A DNA stretch of 63,844 bases, the filler included, from Craspedostauros australis (Eukaryota), in assembly GCA_030167865.1 (NCBI GenBank). It is 12 parts of 12 records of this genome, joined end to end, with 100 filler letters (N's around TTAATTAATTAA, not from the genome) between each part and the next. Parts side by side here need not be neighbours in the genome. Positions count along the whole stretch, not along the records: positions 31,399 to 49,507 come from JALAGF010001019.1; 11 more parts are not named here. One strand, 5' to 3'. Below the pieces are notes generated by a model. It saw only the letters and a list, made by a program, of their open reading frames with translations, was not told where the DNA came from and searched no databases. Made by a program: the position numbers and the translations under genes. The stretch's first letter is position 1, and every line of letters begins with the position of its first letter. Positions 35,364 through 45,919 of the stretch are shown here, one piece after another.

Positions 35364-38300
35364 CTACATGCTCGAGTTCTCCTTGCCAGGAGGTGATGCG
35401 ACTTTCGCCAACACATGTCCGAAAGGTAGCAGAGTGGTCGCCGGGCGCTTGTTCAGCGTAGATGCCGATTTCTTTCCGACGTTTGCAGCCTTGGACGATC
35501 CCAACTTCTCTGGTGACATCTGAGGTTTGGAAAGAGCTCGGGGAAGCGCTGGTGCTGGCTTCTTCCTGGCCAGCATCTTCGGAGGCCGTAGTGGAGAGCC
35601 ATCACGGTCTTCGGTTCTCCTCGTTCTCGTGGCGGAGCGATTCCTGTTCGCAGCACTTTGATCTCGTCCCGTCCCTGCCCTCTTCTTTGATGGTGCTTCC
35701 GCTGAAGACATCGCCGATGTGTCACGCTTGCTACCTGCTGCTTTTGCCGATCGATGAATTGATGCGCTCGAGGCTGGCAACCGACCCAGCAGAGGTGGCC
35801 GTGGAGCGATGCTGCGGTCCATGAGCTTGGGCCTTGCAGGGCCAGCGTACTTCTTCCTCGGCGGTGTCAGACCACTTCTGTACTTGATTCGTGTGTTCGG
35901 CCCGCCCTTGTTTGCTGCTGGCGAATTGGTGGCAACATGGGACTCCAAATGTCGCTTGTGACCTGCTGCTCCTAACGCGGAATCTCTTGGGGGCGATGGC
36001 GGCGAAGATGGTGGCGACGACGGTGCGAATGGAACCTGTGCTCTGTTGGGCTTTGGCCGTTTGGCATGGCCGTGACCGGACTTGATGTTGCCATCAGGGT
36101 TCTTGAGCAAACGCCGCACCTCTTCGCTCAACAGCATCGATCCTGCTGTAGCCCTTTCGTGATCACCATCGATTTGCATGTCCGTGTCCGTGTCCGCGCC
36201 CGCGCCAGCGTTGCTGTTGTTGGAGTCATCCTGATCTACCTGCCATGTCTCCATTGCCTCGGAGAGCTGATCCAGCTTTGATGCGATCTTCTGCTTCATG
36301 TCGCGGCGCAGCAGTTCCTCCTTGGATTTGGATTTGGATTTGGATCTGGATTTGGATTTGGACGACTTGCCACCCTCCAGCTTGCCAAACGGACGTCGCC
36401 TGTCGGCCTTCAGGCTGTCAACCTCCCTCAATCGTGCATTCAGCATCCGCACTTCCGATTCGAGGGAAAGGATGCGACTCTTTCCGTCCTGTCTCAGCCT
36501 CAACCTCTCAACCTCTTCGTGTACGGCATTCAGCTTGAACAGCTTGCGCTCAAGTTCTGCGTGTTGGCGTTTGGTGCGGACGCACGTGGATGCAACCCAC
36601 GGTTCGCTGTAGTGCTCATCAGATCTCGAAGCTTCGACAGGAGCAAAGAGACTGTCGTTGTCAAACTGTCGATCGTTCATGCTGGTCTCCATATCGTACC
36701 AAAACCTTTGCCGGCTGGTAGAAGACACGCTCATGGCTTCCCAAACAACCGTCAAGGCTTCGATTTCGCTTTGTGTCATTGTGTCCACGCCCGTGCTCAA
36801 CGCCTCGAGTTCAGAGGTGCAGGTATCCACCAGATCACGGGACAGCGGTGGTAGCCGCACCAAAGCCTCGTGGAAGGCGGCGTATGCTTGCTGTACGCCA
36901 AGCTCCTTGCCAACTACGTTGAGGAGCGCCTTCTGCGATTTCTCGATCACCTGCCTCAGAACGTTGGTGAGGTGCTTGCGTCTCTGTCCAATTCGCACCA
37001 GCATGTCGGCGACATGCTCCAGATGCCGCAGATTCTCGGGTGACGTGTTGATCGAAGAACTGTGCGATGTGTTCAGGAAGTTGATGATGTCGCTCGCCAA
37101 CGTCGGGTTCCACCAGGCCAGGCCGGACATCTTGGGATTGATCAGCTTTCGAAGTTCTTCGTTCGTCATGTGCATGTCTTGGACGATGGCTGATCCGGTT
37201 TGCAGAATCTCGCGCGCCTTGACAAGGAGCTGGGACTTGGTAACGCGGAGATTCGTCAGCTCCTGATCGCAACGATCCAAGAACGCAGCTTCCAAACAGC
37301 CTTCCTCGAGCTCCACGAAGGTCTGATGGGAGCTGCCGGACTTCGTGTCTCCGGCATCATCAGAATCTGGAATTCCATCATCGCACATTCGCCCCCTGTT
37401 GTCGTCGATGTCGAACGCATGCTCGGTGCTGCCATCTTCAGATATTTGCGGTAAAGATGCTTCGGTCGTCAACGCCGAATCCAAAGCATCCATCATGCTC
37501 GCAATATCCTTCATCATGCCAGCACGCTTGCGACGGCCCTTGTCCTTTGCTCGTTCTGTGTTGACTTGCGAGTACTGCATCAGAAGCTTCAGGTTTGGAG
37601 GGAGCTTGGTCTCGGAGAGATGGATCGAGGCCGAGATCTTGCGCGTGTCTTGGACCAGCTGCTGATTGCGATGATGCACCGCATCGAACTCAGGCTTCAA
37701 GGTTTCACGTTCAGTCTTGAGGATCTCGAGCCTGGGGAGCAACTGCGTTTCACCATCGTCCATGTGCATGTGCATATTCTTGTCAGTTTCAGTTTCAATT
37801 TCACGCTTCCCCATGGCCTTCCGCATCAATTGCAATTCGGTTGTGATTTCATCAATGGACTTCATGGTCTTTGCCTCGAGGAGCTGTGCTTCCTTCAACT
37901 GCTCTGCGCACGTCGTCGTCACGCTTGACCGGATGAGCTCAGTGGATTGCTCACGGATAGATGACTCCACGCCAAGCTTGGCCCAAATGGTTTGGAGACT
38001 CTGCGTCATGAGCACGCATTCCTCCGGAAGGTTATGTTGCTCAAGCGACGCCTGCGTGACGGCGAGCGCCTCCGTTGCTTCGTGGGCCTGCTTGACCGCC
38101 GTGTCCTTGGCATCCTTGTGCTGCTCGATGATTTGGGCTTGTCCGCGCGCTTGCTCCCGAAGCTTGGCAATTTCAGCTGTCAAAGACTGGTTTTCGGTCT
38201 TGAGCGTCGTCATGGCTGCCGTCACATCTTCTCCGGTCTGTGTCAGAATTCTTCGCTCTTTCAGATCCTTGGTCATCGCGAGGAGCTTGCTCTTGTGCAA

Positions 38301-41300
38301 ATCGAGCTCATTCTCGACGCTCTTCATGCAGATATCCTTCCGTTCGAGCTCCTTCTCGCGCTTGTGCCGCAGCATCTACAAACAACATCAATGGACGTCA
38401 TTTGGGCAGAAGCGAACGATTTGGGTAAAGGAAGGAATTGCGTTGATGTGTGTGGTCACATGCTGTGAGTTTGAGCGTCGAAAGATTGCAATCAGAGAGC
38501 GCAACCAGATAACGTATTCAAGACGTGCGCCCCAACAATGCGCAATTTCATTGCAAAACGAATAGCGTTCCGACAAGCCGACCACAACCATTGTTTGACG
38601 TACCTCAGACTCGGCAAATGCCGAGAATGCCTCCAGCAGGGATGTTCGGAGTGCCGGTGCCTGCATTTCACCGAGGACCGATCGAACCTGCTCTTCCTCC
38701 TGAATTCTGGATGGCTTCTCACCCGGCAACCCCTTGCGGAGCTGATCAAGCTCAGCGCTGAAGACTTCAATCTTGAATTCCAAGTCAGCGACTGCCTGAC
38801 GGCACTCCGCGATATCATTGCGCCATTCCTGGGTGGCCTCGAACCCATCATGCCTGGCCTTGCCTTCGAGGTTGTTCAGCTTGTTGACCTCGTCGATGAG
38901 GAGACGCATGTTGTCATTGTAAATGTTCACCTTGTCCTCGAACTTCTCGCGCGTGGTCTCCTCCTCCACCTGCTCGGCAACAAGCCTCGTCACCGTCTGC
39001 TTCAAGGATGCGATCGCGTCACTCAGCTCGGCGAACAGGCCGACGCCGGATTCGGCATGATGAGGGTCCACAGACCATCTCGCAGCGATCGAGCTGCGAC
39101 GACCGATTCCGATGGAGCTGATTCTCCGTTTGTGATCGCGCTGTCTCATGGCCCAGAGCTTTTCGAAGTGAGATTCGGTCTGCTTGAGCTTGGTGGTCAG
39201 CTTGTCGATGTGCAGCTTCCTCTTCTGAAGGTTCGTCTTTTGGCTTCGAATCTCGTTCTCCAGCTGGGATACCTTCTGCCCATCGGCGCGGTTCTTTCGT
39301 TTGAGAGCCAGGAGCTGCTTCGTCTTGACTTCGTTGACGTCGCGGTATCGAGCTTCGGATTCCTTCTGCCGTTTGATGAGGGAGATGCGATCGGCCTTCA
39401 GGTCGCTGATCTTTCGCTGCAGTACGCGGCAGCGCTTGGCCTCCTGTTCCACCTTGCGGTACATCTCACGATGCTTCTGGGTCTCCCTCTTCGCACGTGC
39501 CAGGCTCGGCTCGACCTTCTCCAGCTTCTTGCGAATGGCCGAGGACGACCCCGTGGTCGGATCCGCGATGGCCCGTTCGAGCTGCGAGGCAAGGGCCTGC
39601 TTCTCATTCTCGAGCTGTTGTACTTCCGCCATCAACGCCTCGTACTTGTCCTTCATGTTGTGATACATCTTCAGCTTGTCCTTGAGCCGGAGCAACAGCT
39701 TCTCTTCCTTCTCGATTTCCTGATCCACTTGGATGAGCTCCTGCTCGCCGCGTTGCTGTTCATTCTCGTAATCTTGCTCGTTTCTCTGCAGCTCGATCAG
39801 CTTGTCGAGGATGGCGATGTCTTGGTCCGGATCGACATCGTCGAGGAGTTTGTTGTGGAAGCGATCATCGTCGCTCTTGTGTATCGCCAGTGCTGCCAAT
39901 CCCGATGCTGCAGGGTCCATTGCGGTTGGGTGGTTGTTGGCGGCAATGGTGCTGTGTTGGAATGGCCTGGGAGGCATTCCGCTTGTCGCTGTCATGCTCC
40001 GCGTGCCAAACGCAGAACTCGGCGCTGCTGTCGGTTTCAACGATGAAATGTCGAAGGAGACGCCGCTGTGACCATCACTGGCCTTGCTCAAGATCAATTG
40101 CAGGTACTCTTTGACGTCATCTCTTTGGAGAAGATCTGAGTCCACGGCCCCAATTGATGATTGCTGTGCCATTGCGGATTGTGATGCCGACAACGCCGAT
40201 GACGAGAACGTCGAAGAAGACGACGATGGATCCATCGACGGGCTTCCATTGTGGTTGGTGACGAACTTCTCCTTGACGAGCTCACATTGCAGGATGAACG
40301 ACAGACTCTTCAGGCGTTGCAACTCAGCAGCCGCAGCATCCACATTCTTGGTTGGCGCGTTTCTGATGTTGCGCGCGCGGTTGGCGTAATGCAAGGTGGA
40401 AAGCGTTTCACTGGCGTTGGTGTCAGATGGCGAGACGCAGGCCAAGAAGAGTGTCTGGCTGTTGCCACCCAACGCATCCTGCAACAATCTGGTGAGCTTC
40501 GATTGACGGTACGGCACGTGAACCTTCTTCTCCTGCGACAGACGTTCCTCATCTGCAAGCGCGTTGATGACGTTCCCTAGAGCCAGCAGTCCCTCATTGA
40601 TTTTGATGCCCTCTCTGGCCCGCTCTCCCTCTGCCCCTGTCTTCTTCATCCGCTCGCTGCCCGCAAGATCGACGAATGTGAATTTGGAGACGGTCTTGAC
40701 GTCGACCTCATCGTCTCGAATGATTTGGGTGAGGTAGATGGTGAAGACAGCGTGCGACCTGCTGGATGTGAGGTTCATGAGCGTCGCCGCTGTGGTTCTG
40801 TTCATGGTTCCTTCATGCAGCACCTGCAGCGCTTCGTTCGCATTTGAAACACTTCTGTTGGTGAGACCGTTCATGACGACCTCACCATCGGAATTCTCTC
40901 GAATCGGCAGAGATTTGCGATGGGGATCAAGGAGGTCGTGGATGTCCTCGCCGTAGACCTCCAAGAACGAAGCACTGAGGGAGAAGTCGATGAGGATGTG
41001 CTGACTCTCCTTGCCGCAATCCGACTCCTCCTTCTTCTCCTTCATGGCAGCGAAGAAGTCGGCGACGAACCGTGGGATCAATCCTGTATGCGACTCGGCG
41101 TCTGGTTCGATGTGCGCTTCGCTGCCCATCGTGAAGGTCTTGCCAGATCCCGTTTGCCCGTACGCCATGATCTGCACAAGGTGGAGAGTGGATGTGTGTG
41201 AGGTGGTATTGCAGATAGTTGATGCCCTCAATGAGGTATAGGGAGTAAGAAGTCAAGAGTCCGTAACGTTGCATTGTGTGCATACATGGGTGGTTGAGTG

Positions 41301-41694
41301 AGTTATTGAGTGCAGCGAAATGAGAGTAACACTTCATGGGATGCTGGAATGACGCAGAAGCCGATGCACCAAGTCTCCATGCCGATCATCCCAACACGGG
41401 CACACAGTAGAGGCGTACTCGAGCGAAGCCGGGAGCAGAGCCGACTCAAGGACGTACCGTCGCGTTGTATCCATCCGTGAAGCTCTTGAGGAGCGGCAGC
41501 GCGATGCTGTCGTACAGCTCCTGCTGGCCGACGGCCGTATCAAAGACAGTATCGTACGTGAATCTGCGCTGCCCAATTCCAATGCATGGCGATGTCACGT
41601 TGAGACACATGTGCCCTCCCTGCGATATCTCCTTCGATGTCAGCGGTCTGATCCGCACGCCCACCCTCACTTGCGATGACGACGAAGACGCCAT
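35364..41694 (-). CDS. KIF4: Kinesin-4 (chromokinesin-like) motor with C-terminal PRC1/MAP65/Ase1-like domain; 3 exons (41694-41458, 41171-38604, 38375-35364), ~1,938 aa
   Basis: Motor motifs VRVGVRIRP, GYNAT|IMAYGQTGSGKT, NLTSSRSHA, FVDLAGSER, HVPYRQSKLTRLLQDALGGN and LHYANRARNI are followed by long coiled coils. Both introns are GT-AG, phase 0 and in frame. Confidence 0.88.
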
Positions 41695-42235
41695 GGTCTC
41701 GTCTCGTCTCTTCTTGCGCTGAGCTGCGTTTGCTGATGTTGCTGATGTTGCTGATGTTGCTGCTGTTGTTGTTGTTGTGGTCAATTGTGTTTCAATTGTG
41801 TTTCAATTGTGCACCAAGTGTATGGGAAGCAGTTGCTTCCGATTCTCTCCGCAACCAACGAAGCCATCAACACCGCAGGTGGCTATGACGTAAATCTCCA
41901 ACGAAGGTGAAACAAGACGCAACATTGCGCGTGGCAAAATGTTGTCACGTGAATCAGTCATGGAAATTCAAATCGGAGTCGTGTTCGCAGAAAACGTACA
42001 AAAGCGTTATAACCGTTATATTTCGTCCTGGCCTTCGCAGGGCTGGTGTCAAATTTCCAACCAACAATTACCGATCTTTGGTCGACGGTGGGAGAAAGCC
42101 AAGGACGTCATCGTGATTGCTCACTTCCGCTCACATTCCATCGCATTCCATCGCATCCAACTGCAGCACAGAGCATTGGTGCTGGCCGACAAAGCTCCCT
42201 TCCGCTGAACTCTCTCAGATGCTCACCAAAGCAAC
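41695..42235. promoter_or_regulatory. Putative bidirectional promoter between the kinesin-4 and ORC6-like genes
   Basis: A 541-bp interval lies between divergent ATGs (41694 on minus, 42236 on plus). Confidence 0.5.
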
Positions 42236-43624
42236 ATGCCAGTGCTGTACGATCCTGTCCAATCCGTCGTGAAGTCGGTCTCCTTGACACACAAGGTCAC
42301 GAAGAACGTGGTGGGCCAAACGCAGAATGAAGTGCGCGCGATGAAGATCCGTCATCGTCTGGGGACGTTCGGCAAGTCCGACCAGGAGCTGGGCCGGGCC
42401 GCGGCGCTATTGGAATACGTCGCGAGGGAGGCGGGCGGCCTGCGCATCCCCATGAAGCTCCTTGCCAAGGCAGCCTGCATGAACGACAAGAAGTTCACGC
42501 AGTACCACAAACACATTGGCAACTTTCGGCAGGTTTCATACGGAGCCCAAGATGCGATGATGCAGCAGGCAAGATCTCAAAGGGCGTCGTCCGCATCCTC
42601 CCGATCATCGCAGCAGCGAGCCAAGTCCGTTCTGTCCTCATCGTCTGCATCCAAGACCGCAACTTCTTCAACAGCAGCAAAGACAGCGGCAACAAAGTTG
42701 GCAGCAACATCGTCCCCACAACCGCGCACACGCCAGCACACGCGCAATGGATTGAGGCAATCCTCTATCCCTGCATTGGCCATCAAGCTGGGTGCTGTCG
42801 TCAATGATCCAATCGCTTTCTCAAACCAGGCGCAGCAGCTGTTCCAGGACCTCATTGAACACGCCCGTTCGTTGGGACGCGATGCCGGACGCCAGCTGCA
42901 TGACATGATCCGATATCAAGATGCCTACGAGGCGGCATGCTTCTACCTGGTCGCCAACAAGGAGCGAGTGTTGGCGGTGGCAACGAAGCAGTCGTCGGAG
43001 GACCGAGAAAAGACGACGCTCGACATCGACGACATCATCGCTGCTTCTATCGCATTCACGCCGTCGTTGTTCAAAGAGATCTTGAAGCACTGCGAATCCC
43101 TGCGGCATGAATTGGGGAACAAGAAGGTGCAGAGCAAAGCAAATGGTGTGGATGGTGCGAATGGAATGCATGGAGCGAAGAAACGGAGGGTGATATCGAC
43201 AACAACAGCATCAACATCAACAACAGCGGTAACGGCGGCATCATCACGAGACGCAAGTGGAAATGCAAATGCGGCCGACCAAGATGACACAATGCGTGCA
43301 ATGAGCACATCTTTGAAAGGTGTGGTCGATGGTGCGACAAGTCGCGCCAAGCACCGCCTCCAACAGCAGCAACAGCAGCCACAGGATAGAGACAAGGCAG
43401 AGGCAGAGGAAGCCTACCGTCTGCAGTTCCATCCCAACTTTTGGGATTGGAAAGAGAAGACGCTGAAAAGTGCGATCAGACAAGGTCGTCAATTGCAGAT
43501 CGAGCAACAAACCAAGGAGCAGCGACAAGATGATGCAGGGTCGCAGAAGTCCATGACAGAGTCAACGCTATCGAGATTCCAGTCCTTGCAAGCCATCACC
43601 ACGAGCATTCTCGAAAAGCTGTGA
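42236..43624 (+). CDS. ORC6: Origin recognition complex subunit 6-like protein
   Basis: 462-aa ORF. ELGRAAALLEYVA...LAKAACM...F..Y and ALAIKLG...AQQLF...YEAACFY resemble the two TFIIB-like ORC6 repeats. The C-terminal FWDWKEKTL resembles the ORC6 YEEWK..IL motif. Confidence 0.68.
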   Translation: MPVLYDPVQSVVKSVSLTHKVTKNVVGQTQNEVRAMKIRHRLGTFGKSDQELGRAAALLEYVAREAGGLRIPMKLLAKAACMNDKKFTQYHKHIGNFRQVSYGAQDAMMQQARSQRASSASSRSSQQRAKSVLSSSSASKTATSSTAAKTAATKLAATSSPQPRTRQHTRNGLRQSSIPALAIKLGAVVNDPIAFSNQAQQLFQDLIEHARSLGRDAGRQLHDMIRYQDAYEAACFYLVANKERVLAVATKQSSEDREKTTLDIDDIIAASIAFTPSLFKEILKHCESLRHELGNKKVQSKANGVDGANGMHGAKKRRVISTTTASTSTTAVTAASSRDASGNANAADQDDTMRAMSTSLKGVVDGATSRAKHRLQQQQQQPQDRDKAEAEEAYRLQFHPNFWDWKEKTLKSAIRQGRQLQIEQQTKEQRQDDAGSQKSMTESTLSRFQSLQAITTSILEKL

Positions 43625-43858
43625 TAGAGACCGTCTGAGTATGATAGAGATGGACTGCGCTTCGTCGAAAATTCCGTCGAACTTCTATGCAGTCACTTTT
43701 TGTTCGTCCTTACGTATCATTCATCATTCACGTGCAAGTACTATGGTCGAATTTGAGAATACTATATCCTCTGTCGTGCGTCTTCACTATGCAGCCTGCT
43801 CTGCTGCTCCTGCTCTTCTGCTCCTTCCAGAGCAAACATGCTAACTCACATGTATCCA

Positions 43859-45517
43859 TCATAGTCGATCCGTTCCAAGAACTCGAACGCCAACCGCAGG
43901 ACTGGTGACAAAGCAGACGCAGTCCTTTTCGGTCTTGGCCTTGTACTCCAGCCGAAGATGCTGCATCAACGCATCCGCTCGATCCTTGCGTACCAACGTG
44001 ACCGTGCAACCGCCGAAGCCACCACCCGTCAACCGACTCCCGTACACGCCCTCGAAGGCCTGTGCGAGGTCCACCAGCACGTCAATCTCCTCGCAGCTGA
44101 CTTCGTAATCATCCTTCATGCTGGCGTGGCTCTGATTCATGAGATTGCCGACGCGATCCCAATCGCCAGCCTCCAAAGCGGCCTTGGCATCGACGGTGCG
44201 CTGATTCTCCGTCACAACGTGCTTGGCGCGGTTATAGCTGACGGCGTCCATGCGGTCCTTGGCGGCATCCACGTCCTGTAGGGTGGCATCACGCAGTGAC
44301 TCGATCTTGGCATTGATCTGCGACAGGGCCTTCGTGGCCGTTTGGCATTGCGCCACGCGGACGGGATACTCGCCGCCAGCGATGTCGTGCTGCACATTGG
44401 AATTGGTGACGACCAAGACGGGGGGATCGGAAGTCGAGGCCATCTTGGTGGGTTGGTATTGCAACGACCGGCAATCGATGCAAAGCAACGTGCCCGCGTT
44501 GGCGGCGCTGGAGACGTACTGATCCATGATACCGCAGGGTGAGTTGCACCATTCATTTTCGGCTTTCTGGCATCGCAGGGCACGGGTCTTCGCGGCGATG
44601 AAGTCATCTGCCGTTCGTTCTGCGCCGAAGGCTCGATCTCCCAGAATGCACTCCACAAATCGCGCCGTCGCAACCTCCAAGGAGGCGCTGCTGGAAAGTC
44701 CGGATCCCAGAGGCACGTCGCCGGCGATGGCGAACCTAAGCTTGAGCCGCTTGCCCTTCTGATCTCCGCCGATCGCTTGCAGGTCCGCAAGGTACTGAAA
44801 TACAGTACCGACCACGTACGTTGTCCACTCGACCGACGTGGGCGGCGCACTCTGGCTGTCGATGCTGACGACCGTCAGTGCCGCCTGCGTCGCGCTGTCG
44901 TCTCGATTGCAGCTGGTGAAGCGAAGCATTGCTGACGGCTGGTCATCCTCGCAGTCCTCCATCGTCCCCACACCGTAAATCACCGTGCAGTAATCAATCG
45001 CCAGCGGCAGCACGAAACCGCCCGTGTAGTCTGTATGTTCGCCAATGAGGTTGACGCGGCCCGGTGCTGCAACGATGTGGGCATTGCGAGCTGCTGATGG
45101 GGATGATTGCGTTGTTGTCTCGTCATCGCCTCCGAAGCATGCCTGGTACCTCTGCTTGGCTCTTTCCACGAGCGTCACGATGGAATCCGAAAGTTGAGTG
45201 TTGGACAATTGCACTTGATTGAAGTTGTCAACTGTGCCAACTGCGTCAACTGAAGCTTCAGAGTTGCTCATGGTGATCGGTTTCCTGTTCACAGCACTGC
45301 TGCGTGTATTGGTATGAATGGATCGATGCCTGCGACTGGAGTCGAAAGTAAAAGCACGAGTACAGCGGTGAGTGATTGTCCACGTGCAGGTTGTCTTGCT
45401 TGAATGCCCCGATCCGAAGGACAACCAGCTAACAAGGAGTGCCTTTGGGAATGAAATGAGCATCGTGTGTACCAAGTCCTTCGTTCGTTGCTTGTTGGTT
45501 GTGATGGTTCCGTTCAT
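43859..45517 (-). CDS. GALK1: Galactokinase (GHMP kinase) with N-terminal extension; start uncertain (45814, 45517 or 45463)
   Basis: APGRVNLIGEHTDY, VPLGSGLSSSA, CGIMDQ, RAKHVVTEN, SHASMKDDYEVS and GSRLTGGGFGGC. Confidence 0.95.
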   Translation of the reverse strand: MNGTITTNKQRTKDLVHTMLISFPKALLVSWLSFGSGHSSKTTCTWTITHRCTRAFTFDSSRRHRSIHTNTRSSAVNRKPITMSNSEASVDAVGTVDNFNQVQLSNTQLSDSIVTLVERAKQRYQACFGGDDETTTQSSPSAARNAHIVAAPGRVNLIGEHTDYTGGFVLPLAIDYCTVIYGVGTMEDCEDDQPSAMLRFTSCNRDDSATQAALTVVSIDSQSAPPTSVEWTTYVVGTVFQYLADLQAIGGDQKGKRLKLRFAIAGDVPLGSGLSSSASLEVATARFVECILGDRAFGAERTADDFIAAKTRALRCQKAENEWCNSPCGIMDQYVSSAANAGTLLCIDCRSLQYQPTKMASTSDPPVLVVTNSNVQHDIAGGEYPVRVAQCQTATKALSQINAKIESLRDATLQDVDAAKDRMDAVSYNRAKHVVTENQRTVDAKAALEAGDWDRVGNLMNQSHASMKDDYEVSCEEIDVLVDLAQAFEGVYGSRLTGGGFGGCTVTLVRKDRADALMQHLRLEYKAKTEKDCVCFVTSPAVGVRVLGTDRL

Positions 45518-45919
45518 CGTTGTTGGATGGATTTCGGTTTTGATGTTGATGTTGATGTTTGCGTTGATGCGAAGAATCTGTTTCGTGTCAACAGACACAA
45601 TTGAGTCGAAGCTGTCAATCCGCGCCAAAAAATATGAGTGGTTGTTGGTCGAAGGGGTCGGACGACTTGTGGGTGAGTTTTGGCGACGAGAGGAACATGT
45701 CACAACAATGAGCAAATGCACGACTCCTCTCGTTGTTGTTGGAAATGGTGAATGCTGTGTCGAAACGAAAGCACTTGTTGAAGGTGGCAACACATGTGTT
45801 GGGAATGGACTCATTGCAATTCACGCCAAAACATACAATACATTCAATTATATTATACAATAGTGGTCCTAGATTCCCGCAGAAGCAGCTTGAGTCGGTG
45901 GGAGAGCGCACGAGCAGAG

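Noticed and set aside
38538..40046. 502-aa plus-strand ORF and similar long antisense ORFs (5306-6088, 25833-26768, 28817-29734, 30320-31204)
   Set aside because: These are shadow or alternate frames of GC3-rich or repetitive genes, with no recognisable motifs.
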